From: Guillardia theta CCMP2712
Lineage: Eukaryota > Protista > Cryptophyta
Length of the DNA stretch: 41,285 nucleotides
Reading direction: 5' to 3'
NCBI RefSeq assembly: GCF_000315625.1
Contig: NW_005434411.1
Location: 1-41,285 of the forward strand
Shown: piece by piece, positions 22,895-32,668 of the stretch
Numbering within the stretch: the first letter of the stretch is position 1
Layout of the letters: every line of letters starts with the position of its first letter
Translations under genes and position numbers: made by a program
The notes under the pieces: generated by a model
What the model saw: only the letters and a program-made list of their open reading frames with translations
Told to the model about the DNA's origin: nothing
The model's database searches: none

Positions 22895-23400
22895 TCAGTT
22901 CAAGTTTGCAGTGGGCCGATCATCGGATCGGATCGGCCCGGCCCGAATCATCCGGTGAAGGCTTCCGAGCCTGGAGGGCGATCGGACTCGAGTCATCGGT
23001 CACAATGATGCAGCCCGGCCGAGCCCCCGGGCCCGCGCCCGCCGGGCGGTCCGGGTCGGACGGTCAGCCTGTGCACCGTCACGGACTCGGACGGTGCCTG
23101 ACTCTGAGCCTCAGCGGTCACGGGTCCGGTCACTGGCTAGCCCGGCCTCAGACTCCCCGCCGAGCGCTCGGCGCACAGCCTGAGTGCGGCGCCGTGCCGG
23201 TCACCGGGTCGGACCCGCGCCTGGCCAGGCCCGCGACAGTGACAGTCACGGTCAGGGTCAAGCCTCCTCGACTCTCCTGATTGTCCTCGTACTGATTTTT
23301 AACTTAACTTTGAGTAAAGGCCCGCGTACTGGGTCACCGTGACTGCCCGGCGGCCCGGCCCGGGGGGGGCGGGCGGGCGGGCCGCCCACCGGATGCCACT
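22895..23400 (-). repeat. GC-rich interspersed repeat, copy A (inverted relative to copy B)
   Basis: Reverse complement shares collinear blocks with 24880-25185: GCCTTTACTCAAAGTTAA, TCAGTACGAGGACA, GAGTCGAGGAGG, CTTGACCCTGAC, ACTGTCGC, ATCCGATGATC, AAACTT-AACTGA. Confidence 0.85.
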
Positions 23401-23829
23401 GACCGGCGAGAGTCACTGTCCGTCACGGACTCACAGTCACAAAGCCTGAACTGAGTAAGTCAGTGACGGTCTACCAGTGACGGTCAGAGGCTGTCAGATA
23501 GCAGCGGGTTGCACTAGATGCTTTCAACTAACATCCCTCAAATCAGAGACAAAGCAGCTCGGGGATAGATCCACAATCCGACGAGTTCGCAATCAAACGG
23601 TCCGAGTAGAGTCGGAGGGTCGTGAACATGGCAGAGACCCCATTCGGAGTTCCCCTGAACCAAACATTGAAGTAGGAGAACAACAATGCGCAGGGAGGTC
23701 GCCTCTTCATTCTTTCTGCTTTCAAAACAAGGAGGAATCAGGCTGAGAGGCTAAAGCTCCCGTGGAGTATGTACAGCGAGATATCTACATTGCTATGGAG
23801 ACAGCCGGTATCCGTATATCCGTAACGGA

Positions 23830-24090
23830 TCACCAGACGTGGCACATGAAGTAATCATTGAAGTCTCTGACCTCGCTTGTTGTGAGGTTGTCGAGAGACT
23901 CAGATCCTGTTACAACATGAGAATTTGAACCACAGCGCTCTCTCGACTCACCTATTCTTGCAGCTTCGATGCCAGACAAGATGCCACCGCCAATGACAGA
24001 TGTTACCACAGCAGCCTTGACAAGAACACGATGAAAGTTTTCATTTCCGCCCATGTGAAAGGCCCTTCGGATCGCAGCTGATGCCTTCAT
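23830..24090 (-). CDS. Small hypothetical single-TM protein (~70-87 aa)
   Basis: MKASAAIRRAFHMGGNENFHRVLVKAAVVTSVIGGGILSGIEAARIG..., with a probable ~45-nt in-frame GTGAGT...AACAG intron and normal coding composition inside an otherwise repeat-rich interval. Confidence 0.5.
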   Translation of the reverse strand: MKASAAIRRAFHMGGNENFHRVLVKAAVVTSVIGGGILSGIEAARIGESRERCGSNSHVVTGSESLDNLTTSEVRDFNDYFMCHVW

Positions 24091-24879
24091 GATCAACTTT
24101 GTGGTTCTTCAATTGATTGACAGCACTGGTTTGTAGTGTTGAAACGGAGCAGCAGATTGGCTAGAGATCAAGAAAACACAACGAGAGGAAAGAGTTAAAG
24201 GTCGAGAAGTAGCTCAAAAGGAACGATAGCGTGGAAGAGGAGGAGAAGGAGGAGGAGAAGGAGGAGGAGGAGGAGGGAAACGAGCCTACGGTAGATGCAA
24301 GTTGTGGGCAGATAGATATAAAGATGGCTACCCTACCCATCCATTGATTACTACCCCTACCCCCATCTTTAGCTTCTCTTAACCCACCTTCATCTATTCT
24401 CCACCCACCCCTGTCGTGATGCGCCTTCATCCGTCAAGACCGGTCCACCCACCTTCACTTGGTAGTGCAGTCAGGAGAAACTGGGGGGTAGTGGATGAGA
24501 ACCTAAAAACTTATAAGTCAGCACTACAACATATTTATAAAATGATGCGACCCCCTGTCGGCCCCCCTTCAGACATTTTCAAGAGTCATCCCTGAAAATC
24601 AAAATACTTCATTGAAATATTGAATTATTTCAAATAAAAATGAAAGATTTGACCTTGTTCCAATTTCTAATAGAACTTATATATTGTACAATGTTAAGAT
24701 TCAGTACAAGATATAACTAAAAATAAATTATAAAACTAATTCGTACAAATTGGATAGAATCAAGTACAAGTAATAACCTTTTACGGAACTTGTTGTTTAT
24801 CGTTACAATACCGTTACGATGAATGGGAGGCCCAACAGATGGCCTCACAATTATCTGTCAGCTATCAGTCACGGTGACG

Positions 24880-25185
24880 TCATCCAGCGGCCGGCCCCCA
24901 TCCGAGTCCGAGTCCGGGCCGGGGCCGCCCGGGTGACTTGAAAGTTGAGGTCGGACTTGAACTCGCAACTTAAGTGAGCCCCGGCTAGTAGTGCGGCCTT
25001 TACTCAAAGTTAAAGTTCAGTACGAGGACAGACGGTCAGGCCCTGAGCTGAGTCGAGGAGGCCCGGCTTGACCCTGACACTGTCGCCGCACAGGCCAAAC
25101 GGCGAGAAGAGAAAAGACAGTGACAGCGAGAACCAAACCTAATCCGATGATCCTGCCAACTGCTGTCCCCCAAACTTAACTGATA
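24880..25185 (+). repeat. GC-rich interspersed repeat, copy B
   Basis: Same anchors as copy A in the same order, with less filler between them. Confidence 0.85.
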
Positions 25186-25305
25186 CCTTCACTTAACTGC
25201 GCGCAGGTGAGCCCCGTGCAGCCATTTTCTAGTAACTTGGTCACCGTAACGGTGCCTAGTACTACCGTAACTTAGTAGTAACGGTTAGAGTCGTCGCGCG
25301 TCCGA

Positions 25306-26661
25306 TCACCAACCCGAGGTCGCAGTGGCCGTGAGCCGGAGGACCTGCAAGAGAGTCACAAGCCGAGGGGCATGGAGGCGCCGGTGAGACGCGGACTCTC
25401 GGGTGACCTGCCCGACGGACTCCGTTGAGAGTCCGAGGCTCTCCTGGACATGTACGCCTCCTCCCTCAGGTTGCTCATCTCTCTCGCCGCAGACCTCTGA
25501 CTGTCTTGCCCTGCTCTGCCCTGGCCGCGGGCTGTCGGGTGAAAGCTTGAAGCTGAAGAAGTAAGTGAGCTGGGGCCCGAGGAGGAAGTGAAGGAGACAT
25601 ACCGTACTGCTGGTCCTCTGGTTCAAGCTTGTTGGACATGACTTGGCTGTCAGCCCCGTCAGAGTCTCGGCCCCTCCCCTCCCCTTGTCTTCACATGGTG
25701 TTGCCGATGTCTTCCGGGCACACTTGCAGCGCAGGATCATAAAATGTTCCAATCTGACGCAGCAAGTCAGGAGGAGGTGAAGGTGAAGGAAGTGGAGAAA
25801 GTGAAAAGGAAGAGCAGGAGGAGAATCGTGGCGGTTGCGGTGGAGGAGAGTGGAGGAGGAAGAATGGGGGAGGCGGAGGGGAGGAAGAGGGTGAGCAGGA
25901 AGCGGCTGAGATGCCCAACATCTTCGTAGGTGGTCAGGTTATGAGGCTTGAGCTGCTCGTGGACTTCGTGGCAAAGCTGCTGACGAGTCAGACACGAGGG
26001 AGGAGAAGCTGCTGGACCTTCTCCAGCCTTCGACGAGCAGCTCCTCGAGGAAGAGGACCTGGTGTGAGTGAGCAACGAGGAGAGGAGAAGGCAAGAGGAC
26101 GAGGTGGACAAGGTGATGGAGGTCGAAGACGACAACTGGGCGGAAGGAGGACAAGGACAGGGAGGATGAGGACGGGAGCAGCAGGAGGCTGGTTCACCCT
26201 GGAGGTCTCGAACGCTTGCGATGCTGCAGTTGGGGACGGCGCTCTCGTTGTAGGTCTCTTCCGGAGGCATCATCTCCTCCTCGAGCTCGACGATTCCCCA
26301 GCAAGTCCATGCTTGACCATCCGCACACCATCCCCCCTGCCCTCCAGCTCAGTAGCCAACCTCCTCCTCTCACTCGATCGTCTCGCATGCTAACTCTCCG
26401 TGGCTCAACCCTCCTCCGCCACTGCCTCCCTCTGTTGCGCTACTGACACGTAACTCCACCTGCTGCCATCGACGGCGAAGAGCGGCAAGGCAGATGTCGA
26501 CGAATTCTTGGCGGATCTTGAGAAGCGAGTCAAGACGAACACAACAGGAGGTCGACCAACATCCAGCCTTGATGCGAGCAGCTCCCGCAGAGGATAAAAA
26601 TCTATCCATCCTCCTGCTGACAACCGACCAACCTGCAGTTGCATTACTGTCCGATAGGTCC

Positions 26662-26712
<51 letters not shown>

Positions 26713-27098
26713 CTGGTGATCCTCACCAGACTTGCTAGCACAACGATGGTTCTTGGAAAGCGAGATCGAAGGTTGTCAATGCCCTGAACGTTTCCGTCAC
26801 AAGATTGTCTGACGGCGAGGAGGGGGAGGCAGGAATTAACGAGGGTGCCGGCAGACCTGTAGAGTTGCTGTGGTTGCTAGAGCGATGACACTTGGGCTCA
26901 CTAGCTGGAGACGAGAGGGTCACTAGGTCGACTCCTCCCTCCTCCTCAGTTACCCTCCTCTCGGCCATCTCCTCGATCAGATTCATCAAGGCTTCCTCCT
27001 CCGCCAACAGCTCGCAACTTCTGTTGCCCTTCCCCATACCCCAGGTCATCCCACACACTGCCGGCCCATCCATACTGGCAAAGAAGGCGATCTGGTCA

Positions 27099-27129
<31 letters not shown>

Positions 27130-27862
27130 CTTCCGTCTCTCCCACTCTCTCTCCGCCCTCCTGCTGCTGGCAATGTTCCTCAAGTTCCCTTCCTTCGATC
27201 GACCCGACAGCCACCAGCAGCCTCATCGTCTTCCTCAGCACGCGATGTGCCAGCGGACCTGCGCGAAGGTGAGGAGGAGGAAGTTCGAGGATCGCGCGAC
27301 CAGCTGAGACTGTCGATATCGCACATGTGCCCTGAGAGAAAGAAGAGCGTCAGAAAGACAGAAACAGCGACAGAGAACAGGGAACAGGTCAGGGCCCACC
27401 AGAAGATGTTGTGTGATGATGTTCTTCGCCCTCATCTCCTGCTCATGCGTGAGAGATCGCATTCTCTCTCCTCTCCAATCACCATGTTGCTCTCAGCTTC
27501 CTCCAACTTCTCACGTTGAACTGCCTCCATCACCTGTGACCCGACGTCTCAACCGCAAGTCGCCTCGACTTGTTCTCATCTCCGTCACCTCAGGGCAGAC
27601 TGTCTGCAAGTAGTTGCGATGTTGCTCAACCGCCTCTGAGTCCGGCAGGAGAGTCTGGGGGAGAGTGAGACGAGACGAGCGACTGCGAGCAGGTCCACCT
27701 CGAGGAGTAGGAAGAGCTCCGCGGCCTCGTGATACCTGCCGCCTGCTCGTCAGCTCCTCTCGTTCCTCCCCTTGCTTCCTGCCCTCACCTCTCTCGCCCC
27801 GGGAATCTCGATAAGATTGACATAAGATCTGCGACAAGGTCATCGACACAGCAGGGCAGGCA

Positions 27863-27940
<78 letters not shown>

Positions 27941-28630
27941 CTTGTCCTCCCACCTGTCAGCCCCGTGCGCCTGATCTCCTCTGGGAGGTCGTCGAGCATC
28001 AGCAGCTCCCTCAACTGAACGACAAGAGGAGTCAACGAGGAGCGACAGACGAGGCATGCCCCACCTTCTCCTCTGCTTTCACAAAGTCCTTCGATCCCCT
28101 GCAAAATCTCAGTCTGCATGCTCAAATACAAGACCCTTACTTCCAGTAGACTTGTGCTATCAACAACTTCGTCTGCCAGAATCTTATTTCTCGAACCTCC
28201 TCTCCTCCCTCCCCTGCCCTCCTCTATCCTCGTCTTACCCGTGCATGTTTGGGGTCCAGCTCCTCTGCTGACTTGAGGGCAGATAGCGCTTGCTCGACGT
28301 CTCTGAACAGGAGGAGATGAGGAAAGGCGGGCGATGACGTCAGCAGTCTCACTTCTTGTGCTCCCACTGGACGAGTGCGAAGTTGAAGTAGCAGGGGACG
28401 AGAAGCGTTGGGACCTGAGAGGCTGTGAGAAAGTGGCTGCGACCTTAGAGGAGCCGATGACTTGACCTGAACTGTCTGCGCTAAGAGAAGAGCTCGAGAG
28501 GCGATGGACTCGAGCTCCTCCAGGTGCTGCCTCTCTGAACAAGCTCGTCAACCCTCGCACATCATCAGTGGCGTCTCTGACTCATCGCTGGAGAATAATG
28601 CGACGAGCTTGCAAGATCCTTTCAACATCA
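25306..28630 (-). CDS. Multi-exon hypothetical protein, predicted helical/coiled-coil; boundaries approximate
   Basis: Regular short exons with minus-strand GT-AG introns full of microsatellites (NKILADEVVDSTSLLE, QLRELLMLDDLPEEIRR, EMRAKNIITQHLL, EEEALMNLIEEMAERR, QEFVDICLAALRRRWQQ). No family recognised. Confidence 0.6.
27850..27941 (+). repeat. Intronic (GGCA)n microsatellite
   Basis: Directly visible; source of the LPAC/QAGR pseudo-peptides in the ORF track. Confidence 0.9.
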
Positions 28631-28649
28631 AAAGTCAGGATGAGAAGAG

Positions 28650-31600
28650 TCAAGGATCATGATCGTCGATCGACATCATCTCGATGGTCTAAAAGTATTC
28701 TTTGGCATCACTCCCATCACAACTACAACGCTCGTCAACCTCAACCTTCAAACTCATCATCTTCCACGTCTCATCTACAACAACATGCTCATCTTCCTGC
28801 CCAGTCCTTTCTTCTTCATCTTCATCGCAGCGATGAAGAAGAAGTCCTTTCTTCTTCATCCCCTCCTCATCGCCCTCACCATCTTGAGGTGCGTCAGCTC
28901 GAGCAGCACGAGCATCAGAGAGATCTGCACTTCCCGCGCCTCTGCAGGGAGGGAGCGACACTCGACCAGCTGAGTCTCCAGCATCTCAATCGCCTCCTTG
29001 AGCACTGCCGGAGCGTTAGAGGCGAGCGAGTCCGAGCGACGCTCACCTGCTTCTCCTTCCGTCTTCTTCCCCGTCAGCTTCATCAGCGTCTTTGCTCGTC
29101 CTGCCAGGCTGACGGCATTCCCCAGCCGATCCTCCGGGTCCACCTGGACGTGACAGCAGGCCTGTCAACCAGCTGGGCAAGAGCTCCCTGCTGACCTGCA
29201 GGGCGAGAGCTGACAAGTACTCGGCCGCATCGAAGTACTCATGGACGCTGCGAGCTACATGAGAGGAGAGGAAGAGAAGAATTGGAAGAGAGGAAGAACA
29301 CGTGGAGGAGATCGAGTGAGGATGATGGAGTGAGGATGATCGAGTGAGGATGATCGAGTGAGGATGATTGAGTGAAGACTGGACTCATCCTTTCTCGGCT
29401 TCTCAGCTCGCTTCACCTGTGCATGTAATTCGCTGCCTCATCCAGCACGCTCCTCAGGGTCTTCTTTGAGACTCCTTTCACCCGAAAGTCCTTCCACAGC
29501 AGCTCTTCTCCTATCTTTGTGTTCATGTTGCAAAGTTGATGGTGCGGATCGTTGCGAACGTTCGACCTCGTCTTGTAAGAGTTGTTGAACCTGTCGAGGT
29601 GACGAGCCTCCAGCATTTTCACCTCCTCTTCCGTCAACTGCATGCACTTCTTCACAGCCTTGGCTGCGCTCTTACGGAGAGCCTCCTCCTCTCCGCTCGT
29701 CTTGAGAGCTTCAAAGAAATCTTTGAAAACTTCCTTCTCGTCTAGTCTATTGATCTTCTCAATGTCCTTGGCATCTTTCTTCGACTCCATGTACTCCATG
29801 TCGAGCTGCGAGACACCCACGTTCAGCTCCCTCCCTCCTCCCTCCTCTCCTCTCCTCTCCTCTCCTCTCTCCTCTTTTTCCTCCCTTCCCTCTCTCTGTT
29901 TCTCTCTCCTCTCCATCACCAGGTTCGGGGTAGCATACATGAAGGTGGCATACAAGGCTGTGGTGAGAGCATGTTCGGCAGCTTTGAACGAAAAGAGTCA
30001 GGGCAGGTCACAGGAGGAGGAAAAGTGCGACAAGACTGTGCAAAGAGGGGGAGGACGAGAGGAAGATGAGGACCTGGCAGATCTCCTTTTACGAGCCAGA
30101 GGAAGCGAAACAAGATCAGCCAGGTCTGAACGTCCATGTAGTTGATGGTGATGGCACGGAGGAGAAGCGGTTCAACAGCGAGGCATCTGAAGGCTCCCGT
30201 GACAAGCGACCAGACGGCAAGACAACCAGACACAGACAATATCCGAACCTCTCAAGGCGACGAGCTCGAGGCAGACAACTCGACGACTACAAGCAAGTCA
30301 GCACGTGCGTCTCACTCTTCCTGCCTTCACTTGTATCAGAAACTCAGAGAAGCTGACTAGAGCGAGGGTGAAGCACGGGTCCTGCGCACCTCAATCACCC
30401 TCTACCCCACCCCTCCTCCCCGTCTCACAGATTTCAGAGCCCTCCTAAAACAATCTTCTGCTCGATTCAAGTCTGGCATGAAAGCTTGTCCCGCAGCTGC
30501 ACACCCAGTCACGTCTCCTCCTTCACCTCCTCTTTCCCGTCAGGTCACACTTGCGGAGAGAGGAGCTCCCTTCCAGTAGAGGATGCCAAGCAGGCAGAGA
30601 GAAGGCGCGTGCTCCGGTCGTAGCTCTAGCGCTCTCAAGAGCAGCTTCTCCGCTTCCGCTCCTTCTCCGTACGAGAAGAGAAGGATCTGCGATGACGTTG
30701 AGCGCGGTCCTCCCCCCTCCTGCCTCACCTCGCCCATCAAACTGACGATCTTGTGGTCATTAGGATCGAGTTCTAATGCTCGTTCCACCAGCCGTCTGAT
30801 AAATGTTCAGACATGCGGAGGGGAAGGGAGGGGAAGGACGAGCAAGCATTGTCTAAAAGGCAGACAAAGCTTTCTTGCTTCAGACTCTTACCTGCTTTCA
30901 TCGCACTGCCCATACTCAACCTTCAGCGATGCTAACAGACTGCCAGCTGCGTCAAATCTGATACTCATCCTCTTCCACAAGATCACCAAGCAGCCTGTGT
31001 GTTGTTGGGCTCTACCGACAGAGCACTTTCGAACTGCACATAAATGAGAGGAGGAGAGGAGAGGAGAGGAGAGGAGAGGAGAGGAGCAGATCACCATTGC
31101 CAATGCTTCCTCAGGTCGTCTTCGTTGCTGCAAGATGATTCCTGTTGCAATCATCGGGCCTGCCGAGACATCAGCGATAAGCGATGGGATGGGATCAAGG
31201 CTAAGAACGACGAAGAAAACAAGAGAGCGAGGGTAAAGAGAGCATGGTAATCGACCGGGATCTGCCGGATCCAAATCCATGGCCAGTTTGAAACATTGTA
31301 TAGACGCCTCATCATCGCTAGATTGATTCCCACGTATCATACAAATTCAGAATCCACAATGAGCACAAACATATGGTAATTTCACCTGGACCTCCAAGAC
31401 GCCATAGCCATAGACAGAAGCTCGGTCTTGTTTGTAATGTTCTCCTCCGCAAAATCTTTATCCTGCCATCGTTCGTCATGCCTCAAACCGGCAAGTGTGC
31501 GGTACCGTGATGGTATACAGCACGTCTCTCCTGTTTCGGTTCTGATGTGATTGAGGCTGGTGACCTCGCTGCACGCGCGTCACGCAAATCGTCGTCGAGC

Positions 31601-31798
31601 TTTTACTGACTCGCTCACCTGCCCTGGCCTTCGCTCGTACCTGCCACTTCCATGCACCTCTCCACCACGCAGACTGAGCGTAGAAGTCTGAGGTCGGTCG
31701 AAGGCGTGCACGTCGAGGCCGCGAGCTAGTGAGAACGCCAGCACAAGACATGCGGGGGCGAAGCTCCGCCTCTGCGCCGCTGAGTTGAGATGCGTCAT
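28650..31798 (-). CDS. TPR-repeat protein with a probable signal peptide and LRGG-containing presequence
   Basis: TPR-like exons SIQCFKLAMDLDPADP, ERALELDPNDHKIVSLMGE, EAEKLLLRALELRPEHAPSLCLLGILYW, RAEDCFRRALKS, EPLLLRAITINYMDVQTW. N-terminus MTHLNSAAQRRSFAPACLVLAFSLARGLDVHAFDRPQTSTLSLRGG. Start and stop are tentative. Confidence 0.75.
29309..29378 (+). repeat. 14-bp tandem minisatellite (GATCGAGTGAGGAT, ~5 copies) within an intron
   Basis: Directly visible tandem copies with single substitutions. Confidence 0.85.
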
Positions 31799-32111
31799 GG
31801 CGCGTCAGGTTCCATGAGTCACCCACTGCTCAAAGAAGACGTGAGAAGAACGAGACGGTCATGGAGTTGGGAAGGAACAAGAGAAGACAGGCAGACAGGA
31901 ATGAAGCGGGAGAGCCAAGCAGAGACAGAGAAGGGAGGGAGGGCACAAGGAGATGGAGAGGAGAAGGGAAAGGAGAGAAGGGGAAGCGAGTGAGGGAAGG
32001 GAAGAGAAGAGAAGGGAGACGAGGGTGATGGGGAGGAGACGGAGAGGAGGGAGGGACCTGCTGCTCTTGTCCCGGTCGCCTTGCGGTCGCATCTGCAGGC
32101 ATTCGCTTGTG

Positions 32112-32280
32112 AGTATCCGGGAAATATTCAGGAGTATCCATAAAAGTATCCATCTGAGTATCCGTGAAAGTATCCATCTGAGTATCCGTGAAAGTATCCA
32201 TCTGAGTATCCGTGAAAGTATCCATCTGAGTATCCGTGAAAGTATCCATTGGAATATCCGTGAGAGTCACTTGGTATCCG
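32112..32280 (+). repeat. 24-bp tandem minisatellite (GAGTATCCGTGAAAGTATCCATCT, ~4 perfect copies plus degenerate flanks) with a 12-bp sub-period
   Basis: AGTATCC recurs every 12 bp. Confidence 0.9.
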
Positions 32281-32344
32281 CGACTTGCGGCAGTAGAGAC
32301 CAACTGGCATGAAATTGACAAGCAGGAGAGCAAGGGGAAGAGAG

Positions 32345-32346
32345 AA

Positions 32347-32395
<49 letters not shown>

Positions 32396-32464
32396 GGCAG
32401 GCAGGCAGACAGGCAGGCAGGCAGGCAGGCAGACAGGCAGACAGGCAGACAGGCAGGCAGGCAG
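32345..32464 (+). repeat. (GACA)n/(GGCA)n microsatellite
   Basis: Directly visible. Confidence 0.9.
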
Positions 32465-32541
32465 ACTTTCAGGAGAGGGAGACGGTGTAGGTGCACACTG
32501 CCAGACTTTCAGGAGAGGGAGACGGTGTAGGTGCACACTGC
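32462..32541 (+). repeat. Perfect 40-bp tandem duplication
   Basis: CAGACTTTCAGGAGAGGGAGACGGTGTAGGTGCACACTGC x2. Confidence 0.9.
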
Positions 32542-32668
32542 TGTCAACTCTGTGCTGTGAAGTGACTCAGTGCTGAGTTGCCTCTAGTCAGGGTCCCTCA
32601 CGGATCGACTTAGGGCCTCTCCCGCATGTCAGAGATTGAAGCAGCAGAGCTCTCGGGTTGAACGCAGC

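Noticed and set aside
22895-25185. Autonomous DNA transposon
   Set aside because: No transposase or RT ORF and no identifiable target-site duplication; kept only as an inverted repeat pair.
30317-30330. Apparent GC donor or 29-nt intron in the TPR gene
   Set aside because: A canonical ~44-nt GT-AG intron starting after ATA CAA gives the same frame.
32112-32280. CRISPR-like array
   Set aside because: Units are directly tandem with no unique spacers, the context is eukaryotic, and there are no cas genes.
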